Positions 14,341 through 23,897 of a stretch of 40,069 bases of DNA are shown one piece after another. This stretch comes from Candidatus Limnocylindria bacterium (GTDB lineage: Bacteria; Chloroflexota; Limnocylindria; QHBO01): NCBI GenBank assembly GCA_041495495.1, contig JBGQCU010000003.1, positions 1 to 40,069 on the forward strand. Reading direction: 5' to 3'. The notes below the pieces were generated by a model. That model had not been told where the DNA came from, did no database searches, and was given only the letters and a program-made list of their open reading frames with translations. Position 1 is the stretch's first letter. The number at the start of each line of letters is the position of its first letter. Position numbers and translations under genes: made by a program.

Positions 14341-14739
14341 TCAGTCCGATGCGGTCGCCAGGGTGGCGTGCGTGCCGCACCGGTAGCAGGACTCGTCGGC
14401 GGCTCGAATGGTCGCTCCGCAATTGGCGCACGAGACCAACAGGTCCGCCTCGCACTGCGTGCAGAACCGCGCGCCGGCGGGGTAGCGCAGCCCGTCGTTG
14501 GGGCAGTAGGGCACGCCGCGTGACGTCTCGATGGCGCCATCCGCGGCGCGGGGCAGGAGAACGGCCGGCAGCGTCACCGCCTGGGCCTCGATCCCCACCT
14601 GGGAGACCCGCAGGTATCCGATCACCAGCCAGAGCAGGTAGAGCCCCACCAGCCCGATGAAGCCGAACGGCGCGAGCGTGGCCAGCAGGCTGCCCAGGCC
14701 GGTGGAAATGAACTCGATAACGTGCCGGATGAGGTCCAT
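14341..14739 (-). CDS. Membrane-anchored double zinc ribbon protein
   Basis: N-terminal hydrophobic segment; CPND, CTQC, CANC and CYRC knuckles; TGc-TAGAAT 9 nt before the ATG. Confidence 0.8.
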   Translation of the reverse strand: MDLIRHVIEFISTGLGSLLATLAPFGFIGLVGLYLLWLVIGYLRVSQVGIEAQAVTLPAVLLPRAADGAIETSRGVPYCPNDGLRYPAGARFCTQCEADLLVSCANCGATIRAADESCYRCGTHATLATASD

Positions 14740-14825
14740 GGCGCGGCGATTCTAGCATCGGACACGGCGTGCGCCGGGCAGGGAGGCTGCGCTACACTCG
14801 GCCAAATCGTCGCCCCTTGAGGACC

Positions 14826-15896
14826 ATGCCCCGCCCCCGGCTCGACCCCCGCATACCGCTCACCGAGCTCCACGTCCACCTGGGCGCAGCAGTCACCCCG
14901 GCCATCATGTGGGGCATCGCCCACGCCCAGGGGATCCGGCTGCCGACCAAGGATTACTGGGCCTTCCGTGACCTGATCACCGTCGGTCGTCGCCGCTCGT
15001 TCAACGCCTACCTCGACCTGTTCCACTGGACCGAGATGATCCAGTCCAGCCCGATTGCCGTCGAGCGCAGCGTGTACGAGGTGATCGGCGGCGCGTATCG
15101 GAAGAGCAACATCACCCAGATCGAGCTGCGCTTCAACCCGATGAAGCGCAACCGTGGCGGCGAGCAGGACCTCGACCACATCATCGCCGCGGCTGTGCGC
15201 GGCATGGACCGCGCCGTGCTCGAGTACCCGCAGGTGCGCGCGGGGCTCATCTTCTGCCTCGACCGCGGCTTCAGCCGCGAGCTCAACGAGATTATCGCCG
15301 CCAAGGCGATCAGCTGGCACAGCCGCGGGGTGGTGGCGGTCGACATCGCCGGCCCCGTCGAGCCGTCCTTCCGCTTCGCCGACTACCGTGAGCTCTTCGC
15401 CGAGTGCCGGCGCGCGGGCCTGGGGGTGACGGTGCACGCCGGCGAGACGGGCGGTCCCGAGGAGGTGCGCGAGGCGATCGAGGCGCTCGAGCCGACCCGC
15501 ATCGGGCATGGCATCAAGAGCGCCTACGACCCCCACGTGATGGCCATGCTGCGCGAGCGGGGCATCGTGCTGGAGGTATGCCCCTCGTCGAACCTCACCA
15601 CGCGGGTGGTGCGCAACGTGGCCGAGATGCGCTTCATCCTTCGCTCGCTGATCGACAACGCCGTGCCATTCACGCTGTCGACCGATGGCCCGGAGATGCT
15701 CCGCTCCCACCTGCGCGACGAGGTGGCGCTGCTGCTGCGGACCGAGATCATGTCGCTCGACGAGATCGGCCGAGCCATCGCGACCGCGCACGCCGCCAGC
15801 TTCCTGGACCGCCTGGCGCCGTCCGGCGAGGCTCCCGGGGGCCACCCGTTGCCGCCCGACGCGCACGCGCCGATGGCCCTCGAAATCGAGGTCTAG
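14826..15896 (+). CDS. Adenosine deaminase-family amidohydrolase, divergent
   Basis: ELHVHLG, ELRFNP, HAGET, RIGHG, EVCPSSN and STDGP motifs; ATG 14826 after GAGGA, with TACACT at 14793-14798. Confidence 0.88.
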   Translation: MPRPRLDPRIPLTELHVHLGAAVTPAIMWGIAHAQGIRLPTKDYWAFRDLITVGRRRSFNAYLDLFHWTEMIQSSPIAVERSVYEVIGGAYRKSNITQIELRFNPMKRNRGGEQDLDHIIAAAVRGMDRAVLEYPQVRAGLIFCLDRGFSRELNEIIAAKAISWHSRGVVAVDIAGPVEPSFRFADYRELFAECRRAGLGVTVHAGETGGPEEVREAIEALEPTRIGHGIKSAYDPHVMAMLRERGIVLEVCPSSNLTTRVVRNVAEMRFILRSLIDNAVPFTLSTDGPEMLRSHLRDEVALLLRTEIMSLDEIGRAIATAHAASFLDRLAPSGEAPGGHPLPPDAHAPMALEIEV

Positions 15897-15914
15897 GCTG
15901 ATAGACTGCCGGCC

Positions 15915-16781
15915 GTGTCCTCGATCTGGCGGCCGGTCCGGGAGCGCAACCCCGCCCGCAGCCTGATGGCCGTCGTCGCCCACCCGGGCGACGAGGCGTT
16001 CGGGTTCGGCGGTGCGATCGCCCAGGCGGCGGCCTCCGGCGCGTACACCGTGGTGGTGTGCGCAACCCGCGGCGCGTTTGACCGGCGGCTCATGGATCCG
16101 GCCCCGGCGCCCGGCGGGCGCAACCGCTCGTACCAGAAGCCGGTCGTCTGGCGCAACCTGGATACGGTCCGCGAGGACGAGCTGCGCCGGTCGGTTGGCC
16201 TGCTGGGGGTCCGCGTGCTGCGCATGCTCGACTACGCCGAGGAGGGGCTCGCCGCCGTCGACTTCGACGAGCTCGTCGGGCGCATCGTGCAGCCGATCCG
16301 GATGCACCGGCCCGAGGTGATCCTGACCTTCGGGCCCGAGGGCGTGACCGGCGATGCTGACCACATCGTCGTCGGTCGAGCCGCGGCGGCCGCCTTCGAG
16401 CGCGCCGCCGAGCCGCTCTCCTACGAGGATGACATGGAGGAGGACCAGGTCGCGTGGCGGGCGGCGAAGCTCTACCAGCTGGTGGTGCCCGCCGCCGCGG
16501 TCGCCGCCCTCGGCGAGCGCGCGCCGGACAGGTATGGCTCACCGGACGGAACCGACACCCTGACCCTCGAGCTCGGCGAGCTGGCACAGGTCAAGCTGGC
16601 CGCCATCGGCCGTCACGTGTCGCAGACTGGGTCGGCCGGGCCGTTCCACGATTGGCGGCCGGAGGTGCGCGACGCGTTCCTGGGGACCGAGCACTATCGG
16701 CTGGCCGGGTCGAACCTGCCGCTGCCGGTCGGCAGTGGGGCCGCGCCCGCCGAATCCGGGCTGTGGGACGGGCTCGCCTGA
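15915..16781 (+). CDS. PIG-L-family deacetylase-like protein with degenerate catalytic residues
   Basis: AHPGDE, ATRG, REDEL, LTFGPEG and DADH motifs, KLAAIGRHVSQ; GTG start 7 nt after TGa-TAGACT. Confidence 0.85.
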   Translation: MSSIWRPVRERNPARSLMAVVAHPGDEAFGFGGAIAQAAASGAYTVVVCATRGAFDRRLMDPAPAPGGRNRSYQKPVVWRNLDTVREDELRRSVGLLGVRVLRMLDYAEEGLAAVDFDELVGRIVQPIRMHRPEVILTFGPEGVTGDADHIVVGRAAAAAFERAAEPLSYEDDMEEDQVAWRAAKLYQLVVPAAAVAALGERAPDRYGSPDGTDTLTLELGELAQVKLAAIGRHVSQTGSAGPFHDWRPEVRDAFLGTEHYRLAGSNLPLPVGSGAAPAESGLWDGLA

Positions 16782-16889
16782 GGCGTCGAGGGCGGTTCTC
16801 AACATAGGTCGCATCGGCCGCGTGCACCGCTCTGCTACCCTCGCCGCACCGTCAGCCATCGGCAGACCGAAAGGAAGACCGCCGCGATC

Positions 16890-17975
16890 ATGCCCGACCA
16901 GCTTACCGATGAGAACATCATGGCCGCCCTGGCGCAGATCAAGGACCCGGAGATCGGGCGCGACCTGGTCAGCCTGGGGATGGTCAAGTCGATCGAGATC
17001 ACCGGCTCGACCGTCGACCTCACCGTTGAGCTCACCACTCCGGCCTGTCCGCTGAAGGCCAAGATCGAGTCGGACATCGTCGATGGCCTGGCACTCCTGG
17101 GCGCCACCACGGTCCGCGTCGACTGGGCCAGCAACGTCAAGCGCTCGTTCGGTGGCCCGGCCGCCGACCTGATCCCCGGGGTCAGGAACACGATCGCGGT
17201 AGCCTCCGGCAAGGGCGGCGTCGGCAAGACCACGGTGGCGGTCAACCTGGCGGTCAGCCTCGCCCGAGACGGTGCCCGGGTTGGCCTGCTCGACGCCGAC
17301 ATCACCGGCCCCAACGTGCCGCTGATGATGGGCACCAGCGGCTCGCACGTCACCGGGGTCGGCTCCCGCGTCAACCCGGTGGTCGCCCACGGCGTGCAGA
17401 TGATGAGCATCGAGTACTTCCTGACCGGCGGGGCGCCGGTGATCTGGCGCGGGCCACTGATCCACTCGGCCATCCAGCAGTTCCTGCGGGACGTGGAGTG
17501 GGGCGAGCTCGACTACCTGGTGGTCGACCTGCCGCCGGGGACCGGGGACGCCGCCCTCAGCCTGAGCCAGCTGATCCCGCTGACCGGGGCCGTGGTGGTC
17601 ACCACGCCGCAGGAGGTGAGCCTGCTCGACGCGCGCAAGGCGATCGCCATGTTCAACAAGGTCAATGTCCGAACGCTGGGCGTGGTCGAGAACATGAGCG
17701 GCTTCATCTGCCCCCACTGCGGCACCCAGCACGACATCTTCGGCACCGGTGGTGCCGCCAGCCTGGCCCGCGAGCTGGGGCTCGAGGTCCTGGCCCACAT
17801 CCCGCTCGAGCCTGGCGTACGCACCGGTGGCGATGCCGGCGTGCCGATCACCTCGGCCCAGCATCCGGCCAGCGAGTCTTCAGTGGCAGCAGCGGCGCTG
17901 CGCGAGCTGGCGCGCACCGTGGCGGGCCGGATCAGCGTCATCGCCGCTCCGTTCGCGGGCGCCCGCGCCAGCTAG
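16890..17975 (+). CDS. mrp: Mrp/NBP35/ApbC Fe-S cluster carrier ATPase with N-terminal DUF59-like domain
   Basis: DPEIGRDLVSLG, TTPACP, GKGGVGKT, DADITGPN, WRGP, DLPPGTGD and ENMSGFICPHC motifs. Confidence 0.95.
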   Translation: MPDQLTDENIMAALAQIKDPEIGRDLVSLGMVKSIEITGSTVDLTVELTTPACPLKAKIESDIVDGLALLGATTVRVDWASNVKRSFGGPAADLIPGVRNTIAVASGKGGVGKTTVAVNLAVSLARDGARVGLLDADITGPNVPLMMGTSGSHVTGVGSRVNPVVAHGVQMMSIEYFLTGGAPVIWRGPLIHSAIQQFLRDVEWGELDYLVVDLPPGTGDAALSLSQLIPLTGAVVVTTPQEVSLLDARKAIAMFNKVNVRTLGVVENMSGFICPHCGTQHDIFGTGGAASLARELGLEVLAHIPLEPGVRTGGDAGVPITSAQHPASESSVAAAALRELARTVAGRISVIAAPFAGARAS

Positions 17976-18012
17976 GGCCGCCAGCTCGAACCGAAGTCCT
18001 GCCGGCGGGGGA

Positions 18013-18040
18013 TTGCCTGCGGCGCCGCCGCGGGCAGAAT
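18013..18040 (+). promoter_or_regulatory. Promoter TTGCCT-16-CAGAAT, probably leaderless
   Basis: -10 ends 7 nt before ATG 18048 with no SD; spacer contains a GC-rich inverted repeat. Confidence 0.5.
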
Positions 18041-18047
18041 GCCGTCC

Positions 18048-18803
18048 ATGCGGATCGCGGTGATCGCCGACCTGCACGCCAACCTGCCCGCGCTGCAGGC
18101 CGTCCTGGACGACGTGATGGCACTCGGCTGCGACACGATCTGGTGCGTGGGCGATGTGGTTGGGCGCGGACCCCATCCCGGCGAGGTCGTGGATGAGCTG
18201 CGCCGGCTGACGGTCACCACCGTCCAGGGCAACTGGGACGAGGCGGTCGGGCTGCGGCGGGAGCATCCCGGCGTGACCTGGGCCAGCCCCGAGGCCGAGG
18301 CGGCCGGGCTCGATTCGCTGGCCTGGACGATCGCCCGCTGCAGCGATGAGCAGCGCTCGTGGCTTCGGCAGCTGCCCGCCGCGCATCGGTTCACCGTCGA
18401 GGGCCGCTCGGTCCTGCTCTTCCACGGATCACCGCAGCGCCAGAACGAGTACCTGTGGAGCGACCGACCGAGCCGCGTCTTTGCCCGCATCACCAGCGAC
18501 GAGGGCGATGACCTGCTCTGCTTCGGCAATACGCACGAGGCCTTCCACCGGGTGGTCGGCAAGAGTCATTTCGTGGCGGCCGGCTCGGTCGGCTGTGGCT
18601 CGCTCGAGGACCCGAGCGCACGGTACGCCGTGATCGACCTCGCCGGCACCGAGCTGATGGTCAACTTCCGATCGGTTCCCTATGACCACCTGGGCGTCGA
18701 GGCGGCCATGCGCGTGCTGGGGCTGCCGCCGAGCCTGCTGTGGGCGCCACCCTCCGAGCACGGCGCGCCCGAGGCCGAGGCGGATCGCCTGGTCGAGGCC
18801 TAG
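18048..18803 (+). CDS. Calcineurin-like metallophosphoesterase (YfcE-like)
   Basis: DLHAN, GDVV, GNWD, HGSP, GNTH (canonical GHTH) and GSVG motifs. Confidence 0.9.
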   Translation: MRIAVIADLHANLPALQAVLDDVMALGCDTIWCVGDVVGRGPHPGEVVDELRRLTVTTVQGNWDEAVGLRREHPGVTWASPEAEAAGLDSLAWTIARCSDEQRSWLRQLPAAHRFTVEGRSVLLFHGSPQRQNEYLWSDRPSRVFARITSDEGDDLLCFGNTHEAFHRVVGKSHFVAAGSVGCGSLEDPSARYAVIDLAGTELMVNFRSVPYDHLGVEAAMRVLGLPPSLLWAPPSEHGAPEAEADRLVEA

Positions 18804-19762
18804 GCGCCGGCGCGCCCCCTGTAGGACGCCAGCGCACCGATCATCAGGTCCCAGAAGCGATCCACCTCCAGGTCCACGCCGACGTCGACGTTGGCCGGGC
18901 GCCCGGTCACGCCGTGCACGTCACAGACCGTGCGGCCGGCACTGAACTCCGCGTTCGTCTCGATGTCGACGCGCATGTGGCGTGTCGGCACGACGCTTGG
19001 GTCGATCAGCCAGGCCACCGCGCACGGATCGTGGACCGCTGGAGCGGCGAAGCCAAAGACGCGGAGATAGGTCTTGCCGAAGAATTTCAGCAGGTCGACG
19101 CACAGGTGCGCCAGCGGGAAGTCGAGCGCCGCGATTCGCTCGATCACCGCCGGCGTGGCGAGCGCCCGGTGCGTGGTCTCCAGCGGCACCATGGTGATCG
19201 GCACGCCGGACTCGAAGACGGCGCGGGCCGCCTCGGGATCGGCCCCGATGTTGAACTCGGCTGCGGGAGTCACGTTTCCAAGACCGATGGCGCCTCCCAT
19301 CAGGACCACGCGCCGCAGTCGACGTGCCAGCCCGGGGTCGCGTGACAGGGCTGTGGCCACGTTGGTGAGCGGGCCGGTCGCCAGCAGCACCAGGCCGTCG
19401 TGCGCGTGCGACGCATCCAGGATCACCTCCACCCCATGCCGCGGGTCGAGCGGGACGGTGGGCACCCCGAAAGCCGGGCCGTCGAGCCCCGACTCGCCGT
19501 GAATTTCCGGCGACGCGATCCGCGGTCGGACCAGCGGAGCGTCACAGCCCGCCGCCACCGGCACGCCGCTGATGCCCGCCACGCTGCAGATCCGGCGGGC
19601 GTTCAGCGCCGTCTTGGCGAGGCTCTGGTTGCCGGCCACGGTGGTGATCGCCACCAGCTCGAGCGAAGGGGCCGCCGCGGCCAGCAGGATGGCCAGCGCG
19701 TCGTCGTGGCCGGGGTCGCAGTCGAGGACGATCGGCTGCCGCGTCGGGCGGCCGGAGCTCAT
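18800..19762 (-). CDS. Inosine-uridine preferring nucleoside hydrolase (Rih family)
   Basis: DCDPGHDD, HGESGLDG, TGPLTN, AEFNI and HDP motifs. Confidence 0.95.
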   Translation of the reverse strand: MSSGRPTRQPIVLDCDPGHDDALAILLAAAAPSLELVAITTVAGNQSLAKTALNARRICSVAGISGVPVAAGCDAPLVRPRIASPEIHGESGLDGPAFGVPTVPLDPRHGVEVILDASHAHDGLVLLATGPLTNVATALSRDPGLARRLRRVVLMGGAIGLGNVTPAAEFNIGADPEAARAVFESGVPITMVPLETTHRALATPAVIERIAALDFPLAHLCVDLLKFFGKTYLRVFGFAAPAVHDPCAVAWLIDPSVVPTRHMRVDIETNAEFSAGRTVCDVHGVTGRPANVDVGVDLEVDRFWDLMIGALASYRGRAGA

Positions 19763-21018
19763 TCCTTCTTGTAGGGTCGTCCGTCGGCGGCCGGCGCACG
19801 CACCCTCCCCACCAGGCCCGCGACGACGATGACCGTGACCAGGTAGGGGACCATCTGCAGGAACTGCGAGGGCAGACCGATGTTGAGGATCGAGAGGCGA
19901 ACCTGGACGGCCTCGGCGAAGCCGAATACGTTCCCCGCCAGGAACGCTCCGAACGGCGCCCAGCCGCCGAAGATCATGGCGGCCAGACCGATGAAGCCGC
20001 GTCCCGCCGTCATCTCCTGCTGGAAGCTGCCGGTCGATCCGATCGTGAAGTAGGCGCCGCCCAGGCCGGCCAGCATGCCGCCGATGATCACGTTCCGGTA
20101 GCGGACGAAGTAGACGTTGATGCCGACCGTGTCGGCCGCCATGGGGTGCTCGCCGACGGCGCGCACTCGCAGCCCCCAGCGCGTCGAGAAGAGCATGAAG
20201 TGCAGGATGACGATGGCGGCGATGCAGGTGTACACGAACAGGTTCTGGCGGAAGAGAATGCCGCCGACCAGGGGCAGGTCGCTCAGGAAGGGGATCGGGA
20301 TCGGGCCGAAACGCTCTGGGTTATTCAGCTCGGGCAGCCTGGCGAGGACCCTGGCCGCGAGAAATGAGGTGATCCCCACCACCAGGATGTTGATCACCAC
20401 CCCGGCGATGATCTGATCCACCAGGTAGCGGATGGCCAGGACGGCCAGCAGGGCGGCCAGCAGGCCGCCCGCCACGATCCCCGCGACGATCCCGATCCAG
20501 GGGTTGGCGGTCGCGCTGCCGACCACCGCCGAGGCGAACGCACCGGACAGGAGCATCCCTTCGATGGCGATGTTCACCACGCCCGCCCGCTCGCAGATGA
20601 TGCCCGACATCGCCCCGAAGGTGATGGGCACGCTGCGCTGGAGGGAGGTCTGCAGGATGCCGGCCAGGCTCACGCTGCCACCCGATGCGGCCCAGGTCAG
20701 GAAGGAGAAGGCGAAGCCGCTGATCACCACCGCCATGACGATGCCGGAGCGAGCGCCAAAGCCGCGGGTCAGCTGGATGACCCCCGCCATCGCCGCGAGC
20801 GCCGCCAGCAGGTAGGCGGTGCCCGCCGAGGGGACGACCAGGTCGGGTACCCTGGCGCCGCCCACGTTCATGCCGAAGGAGGTCTGCGAGCCCGGGTCCA
20901 CCCGGCCGAAAAAGACGGCGATGACGATGGCCAGCAGCAGGTAGAAGATGCCGTATCCCTGCTGGCGGCGACGGCTGAGGCCACCCCGGGCGGGCATGGC
21001 TACGCTCGCGGCGGTCAC
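19759..21018 (-). CDS. Nucleoside ABC transporter permease
   Basis: ERAGVVNIAIEG, GLRVRAVGEHP and GRGFIGLAA motifs; GTG 21018 overlaps the upstream TGA (start could be 21027). Confidence 0.92.
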   Translation of the reverse strand: MTAASVAMPARGGLSRRRQQGYGIFYLLLAIVIAVFFGRVDPGSQTSFGMNVGGARVPDLVVPSAGTAYLLAALAAMAGVIQLTRGFGARSGIVMAVVISGFAFSFLTWAASGGSVSLAGILQTSLQRSVPITFGAMSGIICERAGVVNIAIEGMLLSGAFASAVVGSATANPWIGIVAGIVAGGLLAALLAVLAIRYLVDQIIAGVVINILVVGITSFLAARVLARLPELNNPERFGPIPIPFLSDLPLVGGILFRQNLFVYTCIAAIVILHFMLFSTRWGLRVRAVGEHPMAADTVGINVYFVRYRNVIIGGMLAGLGGAYFTIGSTGSFQQEMTAGRGFIGLAAMIFGGWAPFGAFLAGNVFGFAEAVQVRLSILNIGLPSQFLQMVPYLVTVIVVAGLVGRVRAPAADGRPYKKE

Positions 21019-22265
21019 GCTCCCCACCCCTTGATCGAGATCTCGGTCCCGGTCGTCTTGCCGGCCTTGATCCGGTAGATGCCGCGCACCAGTGCCGGCG
21101 CCGCGATGAACAGGATCACCAGCCCCTGGATGACGACCACCAGGTCGATCGGGATGCCGGTCTGCGCTTGCATCGGGGTGGCGCCGGCGCGCAACGCGCC
21201 AAAGAGGATCGCCGCGCCCACCACGCCGATCGGCCGCGACGCGCCAAGCAGCGCGATGGCGATGGCATCAAAGCCCCAGTGCGGCGAGAAGCCAGGGGTC
21301 AGGCGATGGTTCGTTCCGAGGATCTCAGCGGCGCCGGCGAGCCCCGCGAGGCCGCCGGAGATCACCATGGTCAGGATCACGGTGCGACCGATGTTCATCC
21401 CCGCGTAGCGCGCCCCCGACGGGTTGAGGCCCACCGCCCGGAACTCGAAGCCCTTGGTCGACCGAAACAACAGCCACCACACGGCGACCGCTGCTGCCAG
21501 CGCGATGATCAGACCCCAGTGAAGGCGGAGATCGCCGAAGAACTGCGGCAGCAACGTCGGCAGGGTGGCGCTCGATTCGATCGTCTTGCTGGTGGGGTCG
21601 GAGCGGCCGGGCTCCTGGTAGAACGGGGTTCGCAGGGCCAGGTCCACGATCAGGTACGAGACGTAGTTGAGCATGATCGTGGTGATCACCTCATGCGCCC
21701 CGGTGCGAGCCTTCAGGAGGCCCGGCACGAATCCCCAGACCGCTCCCCCGACGAAGCCGGCGAGGACGGCCAGCGGCAGGTGGATGAACATCGGGAGACC
21801 GGTGAAGCCGACCCCGACCCCTGTTGCGAACAGGGCGCCGATGTAGATCTGGCCCTCCGCGCCGATGTTGAAGAGTCCCGCTCGGAAGCCGAGAGCCACG
21901 GCCAGGCCAGCGAAGATGAGGGGTGTGGCGCGCAGCAGTGTCTCGCTGATGGGGTTGATGTCTACGAACGGGTTGCCGATCGCGCCGATGTACAGCCCGC
22001 TGTAAGCACCGCCCACGGCGCCGAGGCCCGCCGCCAGGGCAGCCCCAGGATCCGACCCTACCTTGGAGAAGAACTGCGGGTCGGACAGGATGATGACAAC
22101 CGCCCCGATCACGAGAGCGGTGATGAACGAGAGCACGGGTACCAGCAGCTGCCGCGCCCCACCGGCGATGACCGACAGGATTCGACCTGCTCCGCGCGAA
22201 GGCGGCTGCTCCGGGGTCGAGGGGACGGCCTCGCTCCCGCCGCGGGGGCCGGCCACCGCGGTCAT
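21015..22265 (-). CDS. Nucleoside ABC transporter permease
   Basis: GLFNIGAEGQ, EVITTIMLNY, GFEFRAVGLNP and GFDAIAIALLG motifs. Confidence 0.93.
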   Translation of the reverse strand: MTAVAGPRGGSEAVPSTPEQPPSRGAGRILSVIAGGARQLLVPVLSFITALVIGAVVIILSDPQFFSKVGSDPGAALAAGLGAVGGAYSGLYIGAIGNPFVDINPISETLLRATPLIFAGLAVALGFRAGLFNIGAEGQIYIGALFATGVGVGFTGLPMFIHLPLAVLAGFVGGAVWGFVPGLLKARTGAHEVITTIMLNYVSYLIVDLALRTPFYQEPGRSDPTSKTIESSATLPTLLPQFFGDLRLHWGLIIALAAAVAVWWLLFRSTKGFEFRAVGLNPSGARYAGMNIGRTVILTMVISGGLAGLAGAAEILGTNHRLTPGFSPHWGFDAIAIALLGASRPIGVVGAAILFGALRAGATPMQAQTGIPIDLVVVIQGLVILFIAAPALVRGIYRIKAGKTTGTEISIKGWGA

Positions 22266-23800
22266 GACGCCGCTCCTTCGGGCGCCAACCCTTCCTCGGG
22301 ATGTGCGCCGCCCATCAGCAGCCCAAGCCGTTCGGGCGTCGCCTCCGACGGATCGAGGATGTCCGTGATCCGCCCCTGGTACATGACCGCGATCCGATCG
22401 CCGAGCGAGAGGACCTCCTCGAGCTCGGTTGATACGATCAGGACGGCGGTCCCCTCGTCGCGCTTGGCCACGATCCGCTTGTGGATGTACTCGATCGACC
22501 CAACGTCCAGCCCGCGTGTGGGCTGGGCGGCCACCAGCAGCTTGAGCGGTCGCGAGAACTCGCGCGCCACGATCACCTTCTGCTGGTTGCCGCCGGACAG
22601 GTTGCCGATGTCGTTCAGGACCGATGGGGTGCGGACGTCGTATTCGCGCGTCAGCTCGGTGGCGTTGGCCAGCATCGCGTCCTGGTGCATGGCCAGGCCG
22701 CTCGAGAACGGCGCCTTGTAGTAGCTGTTCAGAATCATGTTCTCGGCGACCGTGAAGCCGACCACCAGGCCCTCTTCGAGGCGATCCTCGGGGACATGCC
22801 CGACGCCGGCGGCGAAGACGTGCCGCGGATCGGCCCTGGCGGGGGCGCCGGCGATGCTGATCTCCCCGCGCTCGACCTGCCGCAGTCCGGTGATCGCCTC
22901 CACCAGCTCCGTCTGACCGTTGCCCTGGACGCCGGCGATCGCGACGATCTCGCCGGCGTGGACGGTCAGGTCGAGGGAGTCGACAGCGATCTGGTGCCGG
23001 TCATCGCGGACCGTTACGCCCCGCAGGCTCAGGATCTCCTCGCCGACCCTGGCGGGGCTCTTGGTGACCTCCAGCTGGACCGGCCGGCCCACCATCATGC
23101 GAGCCAGCTCCGCCTCATCCGTGGTAGCCGGGGTGGTTGTGCCGACGACCTTGCCGCGTCGGAGCACGGTGATCCGGTCGGCGATGACGAGCACTTCGTT
23201 GAGCTTGTGCGTGATGAAGATGATCGAGGTCCCGGCGCGGGCCAACGAGCGCATCACCTCGAACAGGTCGTCGATCTCCTGCGGGGTGAGGACGGCGCTC
23301 GGCTCATCGAGGACGAGCACGTTCGAGTGGCGGTACAGCGTCTTGAGGATCTCGACCCGCTGACGAACGCCGACCGGGAGGTCCTCGATGAAGGCGTCCG
23401 GATCGACCCGCAGCCCGTGCTGCTCGGAGAGCTCTGCGATTCGTCGCCGAGCCTTGGCACGGTCAAGGGCCAGAAATGGCCCAGAGGTCGATTCCACGCC
23501 GAGCATGATGTTGTCGGTGACGGTGAAGACCGGGATCAGCATGAAGTGCTGATGGACCATCCCGATTCCGGCGGCGATCGCATCGCCGGGATCGTTGAAC
23601 TGCACCTGCTTGCCGTCGATGATCACCTCGCCCTCGTCCGGCCGGTAGAGGCCGTAGAGGACGTTCATCAGGGTCGACTTGCCGGCCCCATTCTCGCCCA
23701 GCAGGGCGTGGATCTCGCCGGGCACCACGGTCAGGTCGATGCCATCGTTGGCGACGACCCCGGGGAAGCGCTTGGTGATCCCCTTCAGTTCCAGCTGCAT
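22262..23800 (-). CDS. Nucleoside ABC transporter ATP-binding protein (two NBDs)
   Basis: GENGAGKS, GMVHQHF, LDEP, LSGGNQQK and QPTRGLD motifs. Confidence 0.95.
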   Translation of the reverse strand: MQLELKGITKRFPGVVANDGIDLTVVPGEIHALLGENGAGKSTLMNVLYGLYRPDEGEVIIDGKQVQFNDPGDAIAAGIGMVHQHFMLIPVFTVTDNIMLGVESTSGPFLALDRAKARRRIAELSEQHGLRVDPDAFIEDLPVGVRQRVEILKTLYRHSNVLVLDEPSAVLTPQEIDDLFEVMRSLARAGTSIIFITHKLNEVLVIADRITVLRRGKVVGTTTPATTDEAELARMMVGRPVQLEVTKSPARVGEEILSLRGVTVRDDRHQIAVDSLDLTVHAGEIVAIAGVQGNGQTELVEAITGLRQVERGEISIAGAPARADPRHVFAAGVGHVPEDRLEEGLVVGFTVAENMILNSYYKAPFSSGLAMHQDAMLANATELTREYDVRTPSVLNDIGNLSGGNQQKVIVAREFSRPLKLLVAAQPTRGLDVGSIEYIHKRIVAKRDEGTAVLIVSTELEEVLSLGDRIAVMYQGRITDILDPSEATPERLGLLMGGAHPEEGLAPEGAAS

Positions 23801-23830
23801 CGCATGGGACTCCCCGGAACCGGGTAGAGG

Positions 23831-23865
23831 GACAGGCGGCCCCGCATTGCGCGAGGCCGCCTGTC
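23831..23865 (-). terminator. Intercistronic stem-loop after the BMP gene (mRNA stabiliser or partial terminator)
   Basis: GACAGGCGGCC...GGCCGCCTGTC 11-bp perfect inverted repeat; no clear U-tract. Confidence 0.65.
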
Positions 23866-23897
23866 TATTGGTCTAGAGGCGAGGGACGAGGTGAGGC

